From an uncultured Methanoregulaceae archaeon (GTDB lineage Archaea > Halobacteriota > Methanomicrobia > Methanomicrobiales > Methanospirillaceae): a stretch of DNA of 64,000 bases. The notes below the pieces were generated by a model, which saw only the letters and a program-made list of their open reading frames with translations, had not been told where the DNA came from and searched no databases. Each line of letters opens with the position of its first letter. The first letter of the stretch is position 1. This document shows positions 21,136 through 33,244 of this stretch, piece by piece. The position numbers and the translations under genes are program-made. The stretch spans positions 1,568,001 to 1,632,000 of the forward strand of contig OY970061.1 of the NCBI GenBank assembly GCA_963705255.1, given 5' to 3'.

Positions 21136-21281
21136 TTTTTACAATAGGCCGGATACACAACACCCAACTCTTGTGTGTACTCCCAAAAATCAGCCGCTCA
21201 TCCAATAATTTTTGCTTTGGTATCTTTAACTGCCTGACCCGGGTTAAACACTCTAATACGTGGACTGCGAATAATGAGACG

Positions 21282-22070
21282 ATGCACTGTACGGTTCTTG
21301 CCAGCGGGAGCAAAGGCAACTGCATGGTAGTCGCTGGGAGCGGGGGTTCGGTCCTCGTTGATGCAGGGCTGAGCGCAAAAGAGACCCTCCTTCGCATGGA
21401 GCGTGCAGAGCTGGACGCCGGCAGGATCGAAGCGATCCTCATAACCCATGAACACGGCGATCATATCAAAGGACTCGACGTGCTCTCCCGTCGTCTCGGT
21501 ATACCGGTGTACGCGACGGGAGGGACACTTAGCGATTTCCTGACCAACCGGCGCACTTCCAATAAACCGGTGGCCAGCCACGTGTGCCGTTTTCACGAGC
21601 ATTTTTCTGTCGGGGGGTTCGTGATTGAGCCTTTTGCAACATCCCATGATGCAGCAGAGCCGTGCGGTTTTATTATCCGGGATGGGGACCTCCGGCTCGG
21701 CTGCTGCACTGACACCGGAATCATGACACCCACCATGGTCGGACTCCTGAGACTGTGCGACGGGGTCGTGCTTGAGAGCAACCACTGCCCGGAGATGCTG
21801 GAGAACGGGCCCTATCCGGAATCCCTGAAACGCAGGATTCGCTCGAAACGGGGTCATCTCTCGAACCCGGCAGCAGCCGGTTGCCTGCGTGCCTTTGGCA
21901 GAGACGTGCCAAAGGTCATCCTCGCCCACCTGAGCGAGATGAATAACACGCCGGAAAAAGCGATGCTGAGTGCCCGAGAGGGGCTCGGGCTTTTCTATGA
22001 CGAAGACCGAGTAATCATTGCCACCCAGTCAGGGACAACTGCCTCCAATTCCCAGTATATCACGCTGTAA
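21282..22070 (+). CDS. MBL-fold metallo-hydrolase (YycJ/WalJ-like)
   Basis: LASGSKGNC, THEHGDH, SHDAAEP, TDTG, LESNH, GHLSN, AHLS. Confidence 0.9.
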   Translation: MHCTVLASGSKGNCMVVAGSGGSVLVDAGLSAKETLLRMERAELDAGRIEAILITHEHGDHIKGLDVLSRRLGIPVYATGGTLSDFLTNRRTSNKPVASHVCRFHEHFSVGGFVIEPFATSHDAAEPCGFIIRDGDLRLGCCTDTGIMTPTMVGLLRLCDGVVLESNHCPEMLENGPYPESLKRRIRSKRGHLSNPAAAGCLRAFGRDVPKVILAHLSEMNNTPEKAMLSAREGLGLFYDEDRVIIATQSGTTASNSQYITL

Positions 22071-22249
22071 GGAGGACGGCAATCCTGCATGATCCCGGTA
22101 TGCACATAACCTGAGTCCGGACCCTTGCTAAAGTGAGGATTACCGGATTTGTGCCGGTTTTATCAGAACCGGATTTTTTGTATCAAACCTGTCTGGGAAA
22201 ACAAAACGTTAATCCCATTGTCAGGGCAACATCTCAAGCGATCACCGCA

Positions 22250-23902
22250 ATGCTTTTTATGGAATTTTCCAGGACCTGTGAAAAACTTGAGGGGATTTCA
22301 GGGCGCCTGGAGATGATCGATATCATCAGCAGAGTCCTTCCTGACCTCTCGGACGAGGAACTTCCGGTCTTTGTCCGGTTCGTCATGGGGAGGATATTCC
22401 CTGACTGGAGTTCCCGGAAACTTGGCATCGGCCCCAACCTCCTCTACGAGGCGATCGGGTACGTGGCTGGCATGAAAAAAGAGCAGGTCGTCGAAAAGAT
22501 AAACAGGACAGGGGATGTCGGACAGGCGGTTGAGGAACTGCTCTCGCTGAAGTCCCAGACCACGTTCTTTCACGAGGACCTCGACATCGTGCGGGTATAC
22601 CATGAGCTGATCAGTATCGCGGAGGAGGAAGGGAAAAAGTCGCAGCGGGAGAAACTGCTCGCCGTCCGCCGTCTGCTCGGCAATGCCCACCCGCTCGAGG
22701 GGAGGTACCTGGCCCGGATCATGCTCGAAGAGCTCCGCATAGGTGTAGGGGAGGGAAGCGTTCGGGAAACCATCGCAAAAGCCTTCAGCGTAGACCCGGC
22801 TCTTGTCGAGCATGCCATGCAGGCCCTCAATGACATCGGCGAGGTTGCCCGGCTCGCAAAAAACGGGCCCGCTGCCCTGAAGGAGGTCAGGATAACCATA
22901 TTCCATCCGGTCAGGATGATGCTCGCGCAGCAGGGCACCATCGCCGACATGATCAAAGAACATGGCGAGATCGCCGCCGAGTATAAGTATGACGGTTCCC
23001 GGTTCCAGTTCCATAAAAAAGGCAACTGGGCCCGGCTCTACTCCCGCAGGCTTGAGGATGTGACCGGCGCCCTGCCCGATGTCATCCAGCAGCTGATGGG
23101 GGCAACCGACCACGATGTCATTCTGGACGGGGAGGTCATCGCGATAAAGGGCGGGAGGCCCATGCCGTTCCAGTCGGTCCTCCGCCGGTTCAGGCGCAGG
23201 CATGATATAGCGGAAGCACAGGAAGTTGTCGAGATGGTGCCGAATGTGTTCGACATCCTCTATCTGGACGGGGAGACCCTCATCGACCTGCCGTTTCACG
23301 AGCGGCGGAAAAAACTTGAAGAAGTCGTGAAGATGTACATCGCCCCGCAGGTCGTCAGCAGCGATGCCGGGGAGATAGAAAAGACCTACGATGCGGCCCT
23401 TGCAGCGGGCCATGAAGGCATCATGATCAAGGTGCCTCTTTCCCCTTACTCTCCCGGCCAGAGAGGGAAAAACTGGATCAAGATAAAACCGGAGGTCGAC
23501 ACCCTCGACCTTGCGGTCATCGGTGCCGAATGGGGGGAAGGGAAGCGTGCGCACTTCTTCGGCTCGTTCCTCCTCGCCTGTCAGGACCAGGGAAAACTCG
23601 TCCCGCTCAGCCGGGTGGCGACCGGGTTTTCCGATGAGCAGCTCGCCGAGGTCTATGACCTGCTGAAAGACTCCGTTATCTCGGAGGCGGGAAAGGAAGT
23701 GAGCTTCGAGCCTTCGCTTGTTTTCGAGGTGGGGTACGCGGAGCTCCAGGTCAGCCCCACGTATGAAGGCGGATTTGCCCTGCGGTTTCCCCGTTTTATC
23801 AGGATCCGGGACGACAAGGACATAACCGACGTGGAAACGATTGCCGGCATCAGGGACCGTTATCGCCGCCAGGTGAACTCGGGGCAGGCGTATCAGCAGT
23901 AA
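22250..23902 (+). CDS. lig: ATP-dependent DNA ligase
   Basis: EYKYDG motif I, LDGEV, FDILY, EGIMIK, WIKIKP, ALRFPRF. Confidence 0.96.
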   Translation: MLFMEFSRTCEKLEGISGRLEMIDIISRVLPDLSDEELPVFVRFVMGRIFPDWSSRKLGIGPNLLYEAIGYVAGMKKEQVVEKINRTGDVGQAVEELLSLKSQTTFFHEDLDIVRVYHELISIAEEEGKKSQREKLLAVRRLLGNAHPLEGRYLARIMLEELRIGVGEGSVRETIAKAFSVDPALVEHAMQALNDIGEVARLAKNGPAALKEVRITIFHPVRMMLAQQGTIADMIKEHGEIAAEYKYDGSRFQFHKKGNWARLYSRRLEDVTGALPDVIQQLMGATDHDVILDGEVIAIKGGRPMPFQSVLRRFRRRHDIAEAQEVVEMVPNVFDILYLDGETLIDLPFHERRKKLEEVVKMYIAPQVVSSDAGEIEKTYDAALAAGHEGIMIKVPLSPYSPGQRGKNWIKIKPEVDTLDLAVIGAEWGEGKRAHFFGSFLLACQDQGKLVPLSRVATGFSDEQLAEVYDLLKDSVISEAGKEVSFEPSLVFEVGYAELQVSPTYEGGFALRFPRFIRIRDDKDITDVETIAGIRDRYRRQVNSGQAYQQ

Positions 23903-23929
23903 AGAATCCTCACGGATTCTTCTCGTATC

Positions 23930-25092
23930 TCACCCCTGTTGGGGTTCGACAAACTGAAAGAGCGTCCGCTGCGTCCGGAGTTCAGGGATGAGGGTGCTGT
24001 GCGATACCCATGAGCCGGACCCGAGAACGGCGGATGCCTTCCCGATGGCTGCATCGAGCGATCCACAGGATACCGGAGGAAGTGCCATGGCTTTTCTCGT
24101 TGCCTCGCGGATCACCCAGGTCCCAAGCGGGACCCAGTATTCGCTCGAGATGCTGCGCACCACGATCACCCGTGCGGATCGCTGAATCTTTTTCAGGTAT
24201 TCGCAGACAGCGAGCCGGGCAGAGTAATAGGCCCCCGAGATCGGGGAATAGCCGTGCTTCGTCATCCCTTCCCGGTCCTGAACGATCACCTCGTCGTCTC
24301 CGGCCCAGAGTGTCTTCCTGCCCCAGATCTCTATCATCTCGTACTTCCAGTCGCCCGGGACAATGATACATGCTATGCGGTTCCCATACAGTTCCCCGAA
24401 GAAGAGGAGGACCTCTTCAATCGGCGGGAACCGGCCGATCTCTTTTTTCAGGTCTGCCGAAATGGTGTCGTCTACTGCCGTGATCGCCCAGCGCGTGGGG
24501 ACAAACTTCCTCTTCCTGCCAAGGAGCCCGGCGGTCATCAGTTCTGAGATCCGGTATACGTCAATATCCGAATTCCTGAGGGCGAGGCAAGCGTCGGCTG
24601 CGCCAACATCGGTGTCAGAAATGATCCGGTCAACAACCCGTTCCACCCTCGCACTCCCGATGACGTCCATCTCTTTTACGGACCCGGTGAAGCCGACAGG
24701 GGCGACGGTCCCGTCAAAACTCAGGCGGAATGCAACCGGTTTTTCAAATGCCACGTCCACATCGAGAGGGACCGAGGAGATCGCGATCTCACGGATATCG
24801 TCCTCTACGGCGTGGAGTCCGCTGCTCCCCCGGATCGTGCGGGCACGGATTCCCACGATCTCCCCGATACCGAGAGCCCGCCCGATCCAGTCCGGGGGGT
24901 TGTCGGAATCATTGACCATGAGGGGCCTCCCCTCACGTCCGGATACCCGAAACTGCCGATGAACAACGAAGGGGCACGGCCTTGGTAACTGCTCGCAGGC
25001 TTCATGTCCGCCTGGGCGTGGAACCGGCTCACGATCGGGCAGCGGGCAAGGCCACACATGCCCTTTCCCTTGCACTCTGCACACCGCATCAT
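23930..25092 (-). CDS. nreA: Nre-family archaeal DNA repair protein; frameshift at ~24925
   Basis: N-terminal CAECKGKGMCGLARCP (ORF 24805-25092), PTRWAITAVDD, GAYYSARL, PLGTWVIRE, C-terminal PIP box QRTLFQF. Confidence 0.88.
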
Positions 25093-25124
25093 ACCCGTTC
25101 ATGCCCCGGTACGCTGACGATAAC

Positions 25125-25418
25125 TTACTGGCCCCCTTTAAAAGGGGTGTCCGTGCAGACCTGCCGGAGATCCGCGGTCTTCACAACCTTGCTTGCCGGT
25201 TCTGCAAAAGAGGCCCGCCACCCCACGTCGTACCTCACCCCGCATTCAGGGCAGATGAGGATCACCCGGAAGACCTCGCGGGTGGACTTGACAGGGTTGT
25301 CCTTCTCGGCGTTCATGTTGATGAAGGAAGTATGGAACCCGTATTCATATCCACAGGCCGGGCAGATATGGAGATCATCCTCGACACTGAGCGTTGTTAT
25401 TTCGGTACTGACCGGCAT
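25125..25418 (-). CDS. Small zinc-ribbon hypothetical protein
   Basis: CPACG...GFH...CPECG. Confidence 0.7.
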   Translation of the reverse strand: MPVSTEITTLSVEDDLHICPACGYEYGFHTSFINMNAEKDNPVKSTREVFRVILICPECGVRYDVGWRASFAEPASKVVKTADLRQVCTDTPFKGGQ

Positions 25419-25436
25419 GGATACACCTGATCCTGA

Positions 25437-26558
25437 TTAAGATTTGCCCCTGATATTAAGTTGCCTGCGGGCTGCAACAGCAGTTATAATATCAGTCGCA
25501 TTTTTCCGGCCATTGATCGCGGCATGGACCTCCCGGAAGGGTTTTGGGGTGATGTCCATGGTCTCGGCAATTTTTTTCTCCAGCATGTCCAGCGTAACAC
25601 GCCTCCCATCAACAGAAGTGCCTGCACCCATGTCTACAATCTTTTTTGCATTGTTCTGCTGTTCGGGATGGTCCGGGTCCATGATGATCAGCACCGGTTT
25701 TTCAAACAACAGGGCCTCATGCAGCGTCGTGAGACCGCCGTGCACGATCGCAATTTTTGCTTCGGCGAGGTGCTCGTACAGGTTCGGGACATACCCGTGG
25801 GACTCGAAGTTGTCCGATGATTCCGGGAGCACGGGCCCGGTATAAAAAACATCAAAGAACAGATCCTTCCGCCGGTCGGCAATCCTCTTGAGCATGAGGT
25901 ACATGGGAAGTTTGTACGGCTCGCCGCCAAAACTGGTGAAAATGGTCTTCTTGGAATAGGTGTACCGTGAAGGGTCGAATTCATAGAACGGACCGGTATA
26001 ACTGTACCGGCTTCTTTCATTTTCAGGGACCAGGATATTGTATTCGCTCACGGTGTCCGGGGCAGGATAGTCCGGGATGATGACATGTGTCGCCAGGCGC
26101 AGGTAACGCTGGATCAGGAAGTTGAGGCTTTTCCAGACCGGATTGGTCGTCCCGTTATGACCGTTGAAGTGGTTCTGGTTGGTGATAAAAATGACCGGGA
26201 CGTTCCGGAGCCGGGATGCAATCACCCCGCCATACATGGTATCGCACACAACGCAGTCAAACCGGTATTCCCGGATGAGGTTTCTTACGCTCATGGCGGA
26301 CCTCACCATATCGAACACGATCGATTTTGAGTACCACAGCGTCTTTTTCAGGCTGAAGAACCCGTTTGTCCCCTCGAGCCAGACTTCCCGGTGGATCCGG
26401 TGGATGTGCGTACACCCATGCTGGCTCATGAAATCGAAGGATTTCCCGTAGCCGGCAAAATGGACGGTGTGGCCGTGCTGCTGCATGTAATGCCCGAGAT
26501 GGAGACAGCGGGAAGCGTGTCCCAGTCCCTCGCCGCAGACGACAAAGAGGATCTTCAT
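25437..26558 (-). CDS. GT-B glycosyltransferase (MJ1255/MurG-like, family 28)
   Basis: CGEGLGHASR, HGGLTTLHEAL, HPEQQNNA. Confidence 0.85.
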   Translation of the reverse strand: MKILFVVCGEGLGHASRCLHLGHYMQQHGHTVHFAGYGKSFDFMSQHGCTHIHRIHREVWLEGTNGFFSLKKTLWYSKSIVFDMVRSAMSVRNLIREYRFDCVVCDTMYGGVIASRLRNVPVIFITNQNHFNGHNGTTNPVWKSLNFLIQRYLRLATHVIIPDYPAPDTVSEYNILVPENERSRYSYTGPFYEFDPSRYTYSKKTIFTSFGGEPYKLPMYLMLKRIADRRKDLFFDVFYTGPVLPESSDNFESHGYVPNLYEHLAEAKIAIVHGGLTTLHEALLFEKPVLIIMDPDHPEQQNNAKKIVDMGAGTSVDGRRVTLDMLEKKIAETMDITPKPFREVHAAINGRKNATDIITAVAARRQLNIRGKS

Positions 26559-26935
26559 GAATTCCTGCCGGATGAATTGGTCCTGATTCCTGATGAAATG
26601 TTAGTCCTGCCCACCGGATCCCATAACCGGTTCTCTTGTCTTCCGGGAGCCGGGTTTTTCCGGGGCGACAATCCATGCAATGAGACAGACGATGAGACCG
26701 GTCTCAGGGAGAGGAGGGTTTCAGCGACCCGGACCAGCCGTATGACCGTCGGGTCTACGGCAGGGGGTTCACCGGGGCCGGCACCGGCACCCCCGGGCAT
26801 CTTCCCTTCAGCTGCATGGTACAGCCGCTTCATGCTGATGAATTTGGTTTCAAGGATTAAAAATACCGGCTCTGTTATTCCCCCGGTAACAAGAGTCTTA
26901 TAGTAACCGCAGTCCACGGCATAATGGATAATGCG

Positions 26936-27431
26936 ATGACGGGGACCGAGAATAATCCCGGAAAAGCGACGTTTGGGGCGGGGTGCTTCTGGGGGGTTGA
27001 AGCCGCATTCCGGAAGATAAACGGGGTGCTGGACACCGCTGTCGGTTACATGGGCGGGACGATGAAAAACCCGACATATGAGGACATCTGTTCCGGCAGG
27101 ACCGGGCACGCGGAAGTCGTGCAGGTCACCTATGACCCGGAAAAAGTCAGGTACAGACCAGCTCCTGGAGGTCTTCTGGTCCATTCATGACCCGACCCAG
27201 CTCAACCGGCAAGGGCCGGACATCGGGTCGAACTACCGCTCGGTGATCTTTTATCATGACGCGGAACAGGGAAAAACTGCAAGGAAATCCAAGGAAGGTG
27301 TGGAAGTGTCCGGAAGGTTCGGGTTCGGCAAGGTCGTGACCCGGATCGTGCCTGCCACGGAGTTCTACCAGGCCGAGGAATACCACCAGCGGTATTTTGA
27401 GAAACACGGCGGTGGAGGTTGCCATATCTGA
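26936..27431 (+). CDS. msrA: Peptide methionine sulfoxide reductase A; +1 frameshift at ~27156
   Basis: [18 protein letters not shown], then [19 protein letters not shown] and AEEYHQRY in the next frame. Confidence 0.92.
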
Positions 27432-27493
27432 TACTCTGAACCTCCGGATCCCAATCCGCATGGCTTAATACCGATCCGGAACAGGTGGGTAGT

Positions 27494-27748
27494 ATGCAAG
27501 TCTCTTCCATCCTGCAACTTATCGCCACGCTCATCGAAATCGTGATCGCGGTGGTCGGGGTCCTCATCGCAACGCAGAAGAAAAAAACGTATGGCTGGTT
27601 CATCGCCCTCACGTTTGCGCTCTTCGTGGTCTTTGACCTTGCCCGGATCCTTGCGCTGGACATCCCGGCCGACGTCTATTCCCTGATTCTGCTAGCGGCC
27701 TGCCTGTCGATGCTGTACGCAATGTGGCTGGTGTGGAAGGAGAAGTAA
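27494..27748 (+). CDS. Small membrane protein (3 TM)
   Basis: 84-aa hydrophobic ORF. Confidence 0.7.
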   Translation: MQVSSILQLIATLIEIVIAVVGVLIATQKKKTYGWFIALTFALFVVFDLARILALDIPADVYSLILLAACLSMLYAMWLVWKEK

Positions 27749-28071
27749 GATAGGGTGCACAAAATTTTTAAGATTGACTTGTATCATTTCCGGATAACAT
27801 ACGAAAAACTATAAACCGGCACAGGTCCGTGACCCTCGTTTTCCCGTTCAACCGGTCGTCATGAAGACGATGAACTGGATATGGGTACGTGTCAGTCGTC
27901 ATTTCTTGTTCTTTCTGCATGCTTCGAGAAAGGGAACATGGCCCGGGCAGACGCAAAAATTCTTTGCAAATGGGGCAGGGATATTCCCTGGGAAACTCTG
28001 GTACGACACAGTTTATAAACAGAATAGTTTGATCATAAAACTATTAATCCATAAAACCCAACCCTCCAGAT

Positions 28072-28512
28072 GTGACCGAGGATCTCAAGGACCGGATTGC
28101 AGTGCTTATGCTCTCCATCCTGCCGTTTTACCATAAGAAAATCTTCAGGTCGGGACACTGCGCTACCGGTATACATGCTGCACAGTACCGCACGCTCGGT
28201 GTCCTGATGAGGGAGGGCACTCCCCTTACCATGTCGGAACTGGGAAAGCGGCTGTACATATCGAAACCCTACATGACGGTACTCGTCGACCAGTTGATCG
28301 GGGACGGGTATGTCGAGCGTATGCCCGATACCCGGGACCGGAGGGTGATTAATATCAGCATCACTCCTGCCGGCAGCAGACATCTCCGGCGGGCGGGTGC
28401 GGAGTATAAGACAGATATCAAAGCAATTCTTTCCGACCTGAATGACGAAGATCTCAAAGAACTCTGCCTGTCTCTTGAAAAACTGCACAGCATTTTCGCC
28501 AAGATCAACTGA
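28072..28512 (+). CDS. MarR-family transcriptional regulator
   Basis: MSELGKRLYISKP..T.LVD.L...GYVER..D.RDRR. Confidence 0.9.
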   Translation: MTEDLKDRIAVLMLSILPFYHKKIFRSGHCATGIHAAQYRTLGVLMREGTPLTMSELGKRLYISKPYMTVLVDQLIGDGYVERMPDTRDRRVINISITPAGSRHLRRAGAEYKTDIKAILSDLNDEDLKELCLSLEKLHSIFAKIN

Positions 28513-28575
28513 GGAGATTATACCGATGGGCAAAGAAGTATTCCAGCGGCGAACCCCGGGACAGGGAAGGGCTGA

Positions 28576-29601
28576 ATGACAGACCCCGTTCCTGACCAGG
28601 GTGAGGCTGACAGCATCATCCGGATAGATAACATTGTAAAAATATTCAAAAGCAAGGTAAAGACCGTAACGGCGGTCAACGATGTCTCATTCACGGTGTA
28701 CCGGGGGGAGATCTTTGGTCTTCTCGGGCCGAACGGGGCCGGGAAAAGCACCCTGATACGGATCCTGACGACCCTTCTCACACCAACATCCGGGACAGCA
28801 TATCTCGATACCTACGAGATTACCCGGGATCCCGAAAAAGTCCGGAGCATTATCGGCGTCTGCCCACAAAACAGCACGCTCGACGTTGAACTTACTGCAT
28901 ATGATAATCTCGATTTTTACGGCAAACTGGTGAATGTTCCTGAAAATGTCCTCGATAAAAGAATATGGGAACTCCTCGCGATGACTGAACTGACCGATCG
29001 TGCCCACGCAAGAGTCGAGACATTTTCCGGGGGTATGCGAAGGAAACTGGAGATCGTCCGTGCTTTCATTCACCACCCGCTCATCCTGTTCCTTGACGAA
29101 CCGACGATCGGCCTTGACCCGGAGGCCCGTCGCGAAGTCTGGAAGCAGATTGCTGATCTGAATAAGGAGAAAACCACTATCATCCTGACTACGCACTATA
29201 TGGATGAGGCGGAAAAACTCTGCGACCGGATCGCTTTCATCGACCAGGGGCACCTTATCGCTCTCGATACGCTCGAAAATCTTAAACAGCTCCTCCCTGC
29301 AGGGGACCTGATCGAGATCGGTCTCGATACGATGGATGACCGCGTACTCCCGGGAATCAGGGAGAACCAACTGGTCAATTCGGCCGAATTCAAGAATAAT
29401 ACGCTGAACATCTCCGCAAAGAACGGGAGCAGAGTACTGCCCGCCATTATCAATGTCTTTGATGGTTATTCCCTTCCGATGAACTCCATATCGATCCATT
29501 CACCCTCACTGGAAGATGTGTTCATCTACCTGACCGGGAGTAAACTGGATTCGGGGACCAATGAGGGGGCAAAACCGGGTGGCAGGAGGCGGCCGTCATG
29601 A
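28576..29601 (+). CDS. ABC-2 exporter ATP-binding protein (DrrA-like)
   Basis: GPNGAGKST, FSGGMRRKL, LFLDEPT, TTHYMDEAE, SLEDVF. Confidence 0.92.
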   Translation: MTDPVPDQGEADSIIRIDNIVKIFKSKVKTVTAVNDVSFTVYRGEIFGLLGPNGAGKSTLIRILTTLLTPTSGTAYLDTYEITRDPEKVRSIIGVCPQNSTLDVELTAYDNLDFYGKLVNVPENVLDKRIWELLAMTELTDRAHARVETFSGGMRRKLEIVRAFIHHPLILFLDEPTIGLDPEARREVWKQIADLNKEKTTIILTTHYMDEAEKLCDRIAFIDQGHLIALDTLENLKQLLPAGDLIEIGLDTMDDRVLPGIRENQLVNSAEFKNNTLNISAKNGSRVLPAIINVFDGYSLPMNSISIHSPSLEDVFIYLTGSKLDSGTNEGAKPGGRRRPS

Positions 29602-30686
29602 TCCGGGGGGCCGTGGCAATATTCACCCGGGACTTCAAGAAATTCCTGAGCAACCCGTTCGTTGTCGTCATGACGCTCATGATGCCCATCATGTATCTCG
29701 TGATCTTCGGGAACGCGTTTGGTGGGACGATCAGTCATATACCGGTTGCCGTTGTCCAGGAAGGGCCGCCCTACAACGATACCCCGCTCTTTACCAGCGC
29801 CTCATACGCACTCAACCATATTCCGCAGACAGATTATCCCAAGCTCCTCGATGTTACCATCTATTCCGACGAGATCACGGCCAAACACGCACTTGACAAA
29901 GGGCTCGTATCCGCGGTCATCGTATTTCCGCCAGAGGCATCCAGTGACCATACCATCCGCCTGTACGTTGACAGCTCAGATTCGATCATACCTGCGCTCG
30001 TCGAGTCAGCGCTCAACGGCGTCCTCGCCAAACTCGCGGCGAACAACCCGGTGGCGATCAACAACATCTACGGGGACATAAAATACATCCAGTTCTTCGG
30101 TGTCGGTGTCATCATGATGGCAATTTTCACCTCCACCATGTTCGGCGGGGGGATAGCTCTCATCAAGGACCGTGAGGCCGGAATCCATGAGGGTTACCTG
30201 GTTACACCGGTCCAGCGTACAAGCATCATCGCCGGTATCATTTCGAGCGGGACCATCAGGGCATTCATTGCAGGCTTTACCATATTTATTATCGATATCC
30301 TCCTTACCGGCATCGTCATCCAGAGTTTCGCAGATTTCCTGCTGGTCATGCTGGTGATCCTGATTGCCTGTATCGGGGTCACCAGTCTCGTGGTCTCGTT
30401 CGCTTCACGATTTTCAGCCCAGCAGGAATATGCATCGACTGTCGCATTCCTCAATCTCATCCTGTTCATGACTTCGGGAGCGTTCTACCCGGTTATCGGT
30501 ATGCCGGACTGGCTTCGCTGGATCACCGTGATCAACCCTGAATATTACGGGGTGGACGCACTGAGAGGAATCATTCTCAGGGGACAGGGACTCGACGTGA
30601 TAGGAATGGACCTTGTCGCGCTGCTGATCTTCTCCGGTGCGATGTTCATCCTCGGTATCGTCACCTACCGCAGGACACTGGAATAG
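29598..30686 (+). CDS. ABC-2 exporter permease
   Basis: Multi-TM; SGAFYP...MPDWL...NPEYYGVDALR; ATGA overlap with the ATPase. Confidence 0.9.
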   Translation: MIRGAVAIFTRDFKKFLSNPFVVVMTLMMPIMYLVIFGNAFGGTISHIPVAVVQEGPPYNDTPLFTSASYALNHIPQTDYPKLLDVTIYSDEITAKHALDKGLVSAVIVFPPEASSDHTIRLYVDSSDSIIPALVESALNGVLAKLAANNPVAINNIYGDIKYIQFFGVGVIMMAIFTSTMFGGGIALIKDREAGIHEGYLVTPVQRTSIIAGIISSGTIRAFIAGFTIFIIDILLTGIVIQSFADFLLVMLVILIACIGVTSLVVSFASRFSAQQEYASTVAFLNLILFMTSGAFYPVIGMPDWLRWITVINPEYYGVDALRGIILRGQGLDVIGMDLVALLIFSGAMFILGIVTYRRTLE

Positions 30687-30817
30687 GGAAAAATCCTGTT
30701 TTTTCAGAGGAATCAAAAAAGAGGATTATTTCCCCGGAACCCTTCAGATTCCCGGGAGAATTGCTCCGGTCTTTAGTACATAGGATAGAATTTTTCCCAA
30801 TACCCGGTGCCCTCATT

Positions 30818-31204
30818 CTAAAACATCGTATTATCGTTCGCCGGGGTCTCCGGCACCTCCTGCAGCACATCCCAGTGCTCGACCACCTTGCCGTTCTCCA
30901 GCCTGAAGATGTCCATCACGGCCATTCCCCGGTCGCCCGCGTGCCGGACGAGGTGGCTGTGCACGACCACGAGGTCTCCCTGTGCGACGATCCGTTTGAA
31001 ATTGAAATGGAGCGTAGGGAATGCCTTCACAAATTCCCTGACGAACGCGATGAATGCTTCGGCGCCGTCTCCTGCCCCCGGGTTGTGCTGCCGGTAATAC
31101 GGTCCCATGAACTTTGCCACCGCCTCTTCCGGCTTCTTGAGGTTCAGCGCGAGGTTGTAAAAATCCCGCACTGTCGTCTTGTTGGTCTCCGGCTGGTCTT
31201 TCAT
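30818..31204 (-). CDS. SnoaL-like / NTF2-family protein
   Basis: YRQHNP, IVAQGDLVVVH, DIFRLENGKVVEHWD. Confidence 0.88.
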   Translation of the reverse strand: MKDQPETNKTTVRDFYNLALNLKKPEEAVAKFMGPYYRQHNPGAGDGAEAFIAFVREFVKAFPTLHFNFKRIVAQGDLVVVHSHLVRHAGDRGMAVMDIFRLENGKVVEHWDVLQEVPETPANDNTMF

Positions 31205-31720
31205 GATCTTTCCACCATTACCTGAATATTTTTCATCGTTTTTGAGGACATCCGCAGGGTTTCCCCCGGGAGTCTTTCTCTCAAAGGCATACTCAGGTAA
31301 GGAGGGTATAGGCAGGTCGTCAATATATATCTCTATGGAAATGAACGGAGATACGAGAAGATCCAAGGATTCCTGGTACCCGATAACAGTTTTTTATGTT
31401 TTCAGAATTGCGATTTGTAGCAAACCACCGGTGATACGTAAGAAAAGTCACTCCGACAGACCAAAACCGGAAACAGCGGGAAATGGATGCACATAAACTA
31501 TCCTCCGATTTTTTTGTTCATATGCCCGGTCCCTGAAGAAGAAGGTACCCGGGAATTTCGCTGGCAGGGATCATCTACAGGTAACTATGGGTAGCGGGTG
31601 ACGATCAGCCAGAATCGGCATTCCAAGGCGGGAACAAATCCTGCATCGAAAAATAAAAATTGGTTCCTGCACGGTTCCGGCAATCTCCCTGCATATCGGG
31701 GACGGAGGGCAGAAACCTGT

Positions 31721-32219
31721 TCACCCAATCTGATGGGAGACGGACGGGAAGCTGATCTGGTCGTTATACGTTGCCTGGTACCCATCCGGGAACGTAATGG
31801 TCGTCACATCGGGTGACATGTCGACCGAGATGAGCCCGGCCCACCAGGTACTGCCTGATCGCCGCTTGAGCGTTGGCAAACGAGAATGCCGGGGTCGTCA
31901 TCGTCTCTGTCCCGTTAGACAGGCTGATCGTGGCAAAGGAGGGGATGATTACATCGGCAGAGGAACTGTCCGCCTTCACCACGGTGACCTGCCGGTTCAG
32001 GTTGTTTTCCAGGGCAGTCTTGAGTTCCGCAGAGGGGTTGGCAATATTGACAAATACCGCGGCCTGCTCCGCGAACGAGAGGTCATACTGGAAATCCACC
32101 TGCGCATTACCGTTCGCATCAAGGTTGATGGTAAGTGCTTTTGCCGTGAATGCTTGTGCGGGCATAACCGCCCATGCAAGGAGGCAGATGCATCCGATAA
32201 GGAGATAGGTGCTCTTCAT
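31721..32219 (-). CDS. Secreted hypothetical protein; +1 frameshift at ~31847
   Basis: Signal peptide MKSTYLLIG...AQA; continues WWAGLISVDMSPDVTTITFPDGY... in another frame to TGA at 31721. Confidence 0.7.
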
Positions 32220-32446
32220 GTGTGTCAGGTTCACTGTACCTTTTATGCCTATATACGTTTGTCCCTCAACTCCCCCGGCCAGATCGTTACCCGAATGCCG
32301 GTCCGGGAAAACCGGCCCGGATCCTCCGGCAATGGGGGGACTATAAATTCCTGAAATCCTGTTTTCCGGCCCGGCAGCGTCCGGATTTTGGATTATCCTG
32401 CAGCGGTCCGGGTTGTAACCAGTACACCACACGAAAAAGAGAAAGA

Positions 32447-32520
32447 TGGGCCCGCTGAGATTCGAACTCAGGACCTCCGCCATGTCAAGGCGACGTCATA
32501 GCCAACTAGACCACGAGCCC
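32447..32520 (-). tRNA. tRNA-Val(GAC)
   Basis: GGGCTCGTGGTCTAGTTGG...CTTGACAT...GTTCGAATC...GGGCCCA cloverleaf; TTTAATA TATA box upstream. Confidence 0.96.
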
Positions 32521-32669
32521 GCGAAAGGATGATGCTCTATAACATCTGCTCTGGTATTATTAAAAATTAGTGTCCCTTATCCGGAATTGCGATCAGCCCG
32601 TGTGTCCCGGGAAAGCAGAGAATGCGGATAGTTTATTTCCCGGACTCCCCAATCTCATGACGATATATT

Positions 32670-32984
32670 ATGACCGACGGAACACCAACGCAAAAACAGC
32701 TCTTCCTGTTCGAACACGATGCAGGCCGCCTCGAACTGCTCATCCGTATCGTCTACTGGATCCTCATAGGCATCGTCCTCGGGGTCTACGGGATCATCGC
32801 GTTCATCGTCCTGTTCATCCAGTGGTTCCATGTCCTGATCCTCGGAAAGCGTAGCCAGGCGCTCTCTGATTTCGCAAAAGGCTACCTTGAATACATGGTA
32901 CACGTGCTGCCGTACACGTACATCATGACTGACAAGCGGCCGGACATCCTGCCGGTACCGGTGAAGATACTCGAAGAACGCTGA
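32670..32984 (+). CDS. DUF4389-like membrane protein
   Basis: RLELLIR...FIQWFHVLILGKR...Y...YTY.MTDKRP pattern. Confidence 0.75.
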   Translation: MTDGTPTQKQLFLFEHDAGRLELLIRIVYWILIGIVLGVYGIIAFIVLFIQWFHVLILGKRSQALSDFAKGYLEYMVHVLPYTYIMTDKRPDILPVPVKILEER

Positions 32985-33244
32985 TGCGTTCTTCTCGTCC
33001 TCGGGGTCTGATGACCCCTCGGAATTCGAAGAAGCGTAGACACGAGACTGCTGCTGGCCGTTGCTGGCCGGCTTTCTTTTTTCTGTCTGGCTGCAGGGAC
33101 CTGTACCACCCCTACTGCACGAAATCTCTTGGCAATTTTTCGATTGGGCCCTGCTTAAAAATTCAATCAAGGTTTGATGATCCGGATCACATTTTTAATC
33201 GTAATATGATCGCGATAAAAAATTTCAGTCAGGGTTCGATTAAA

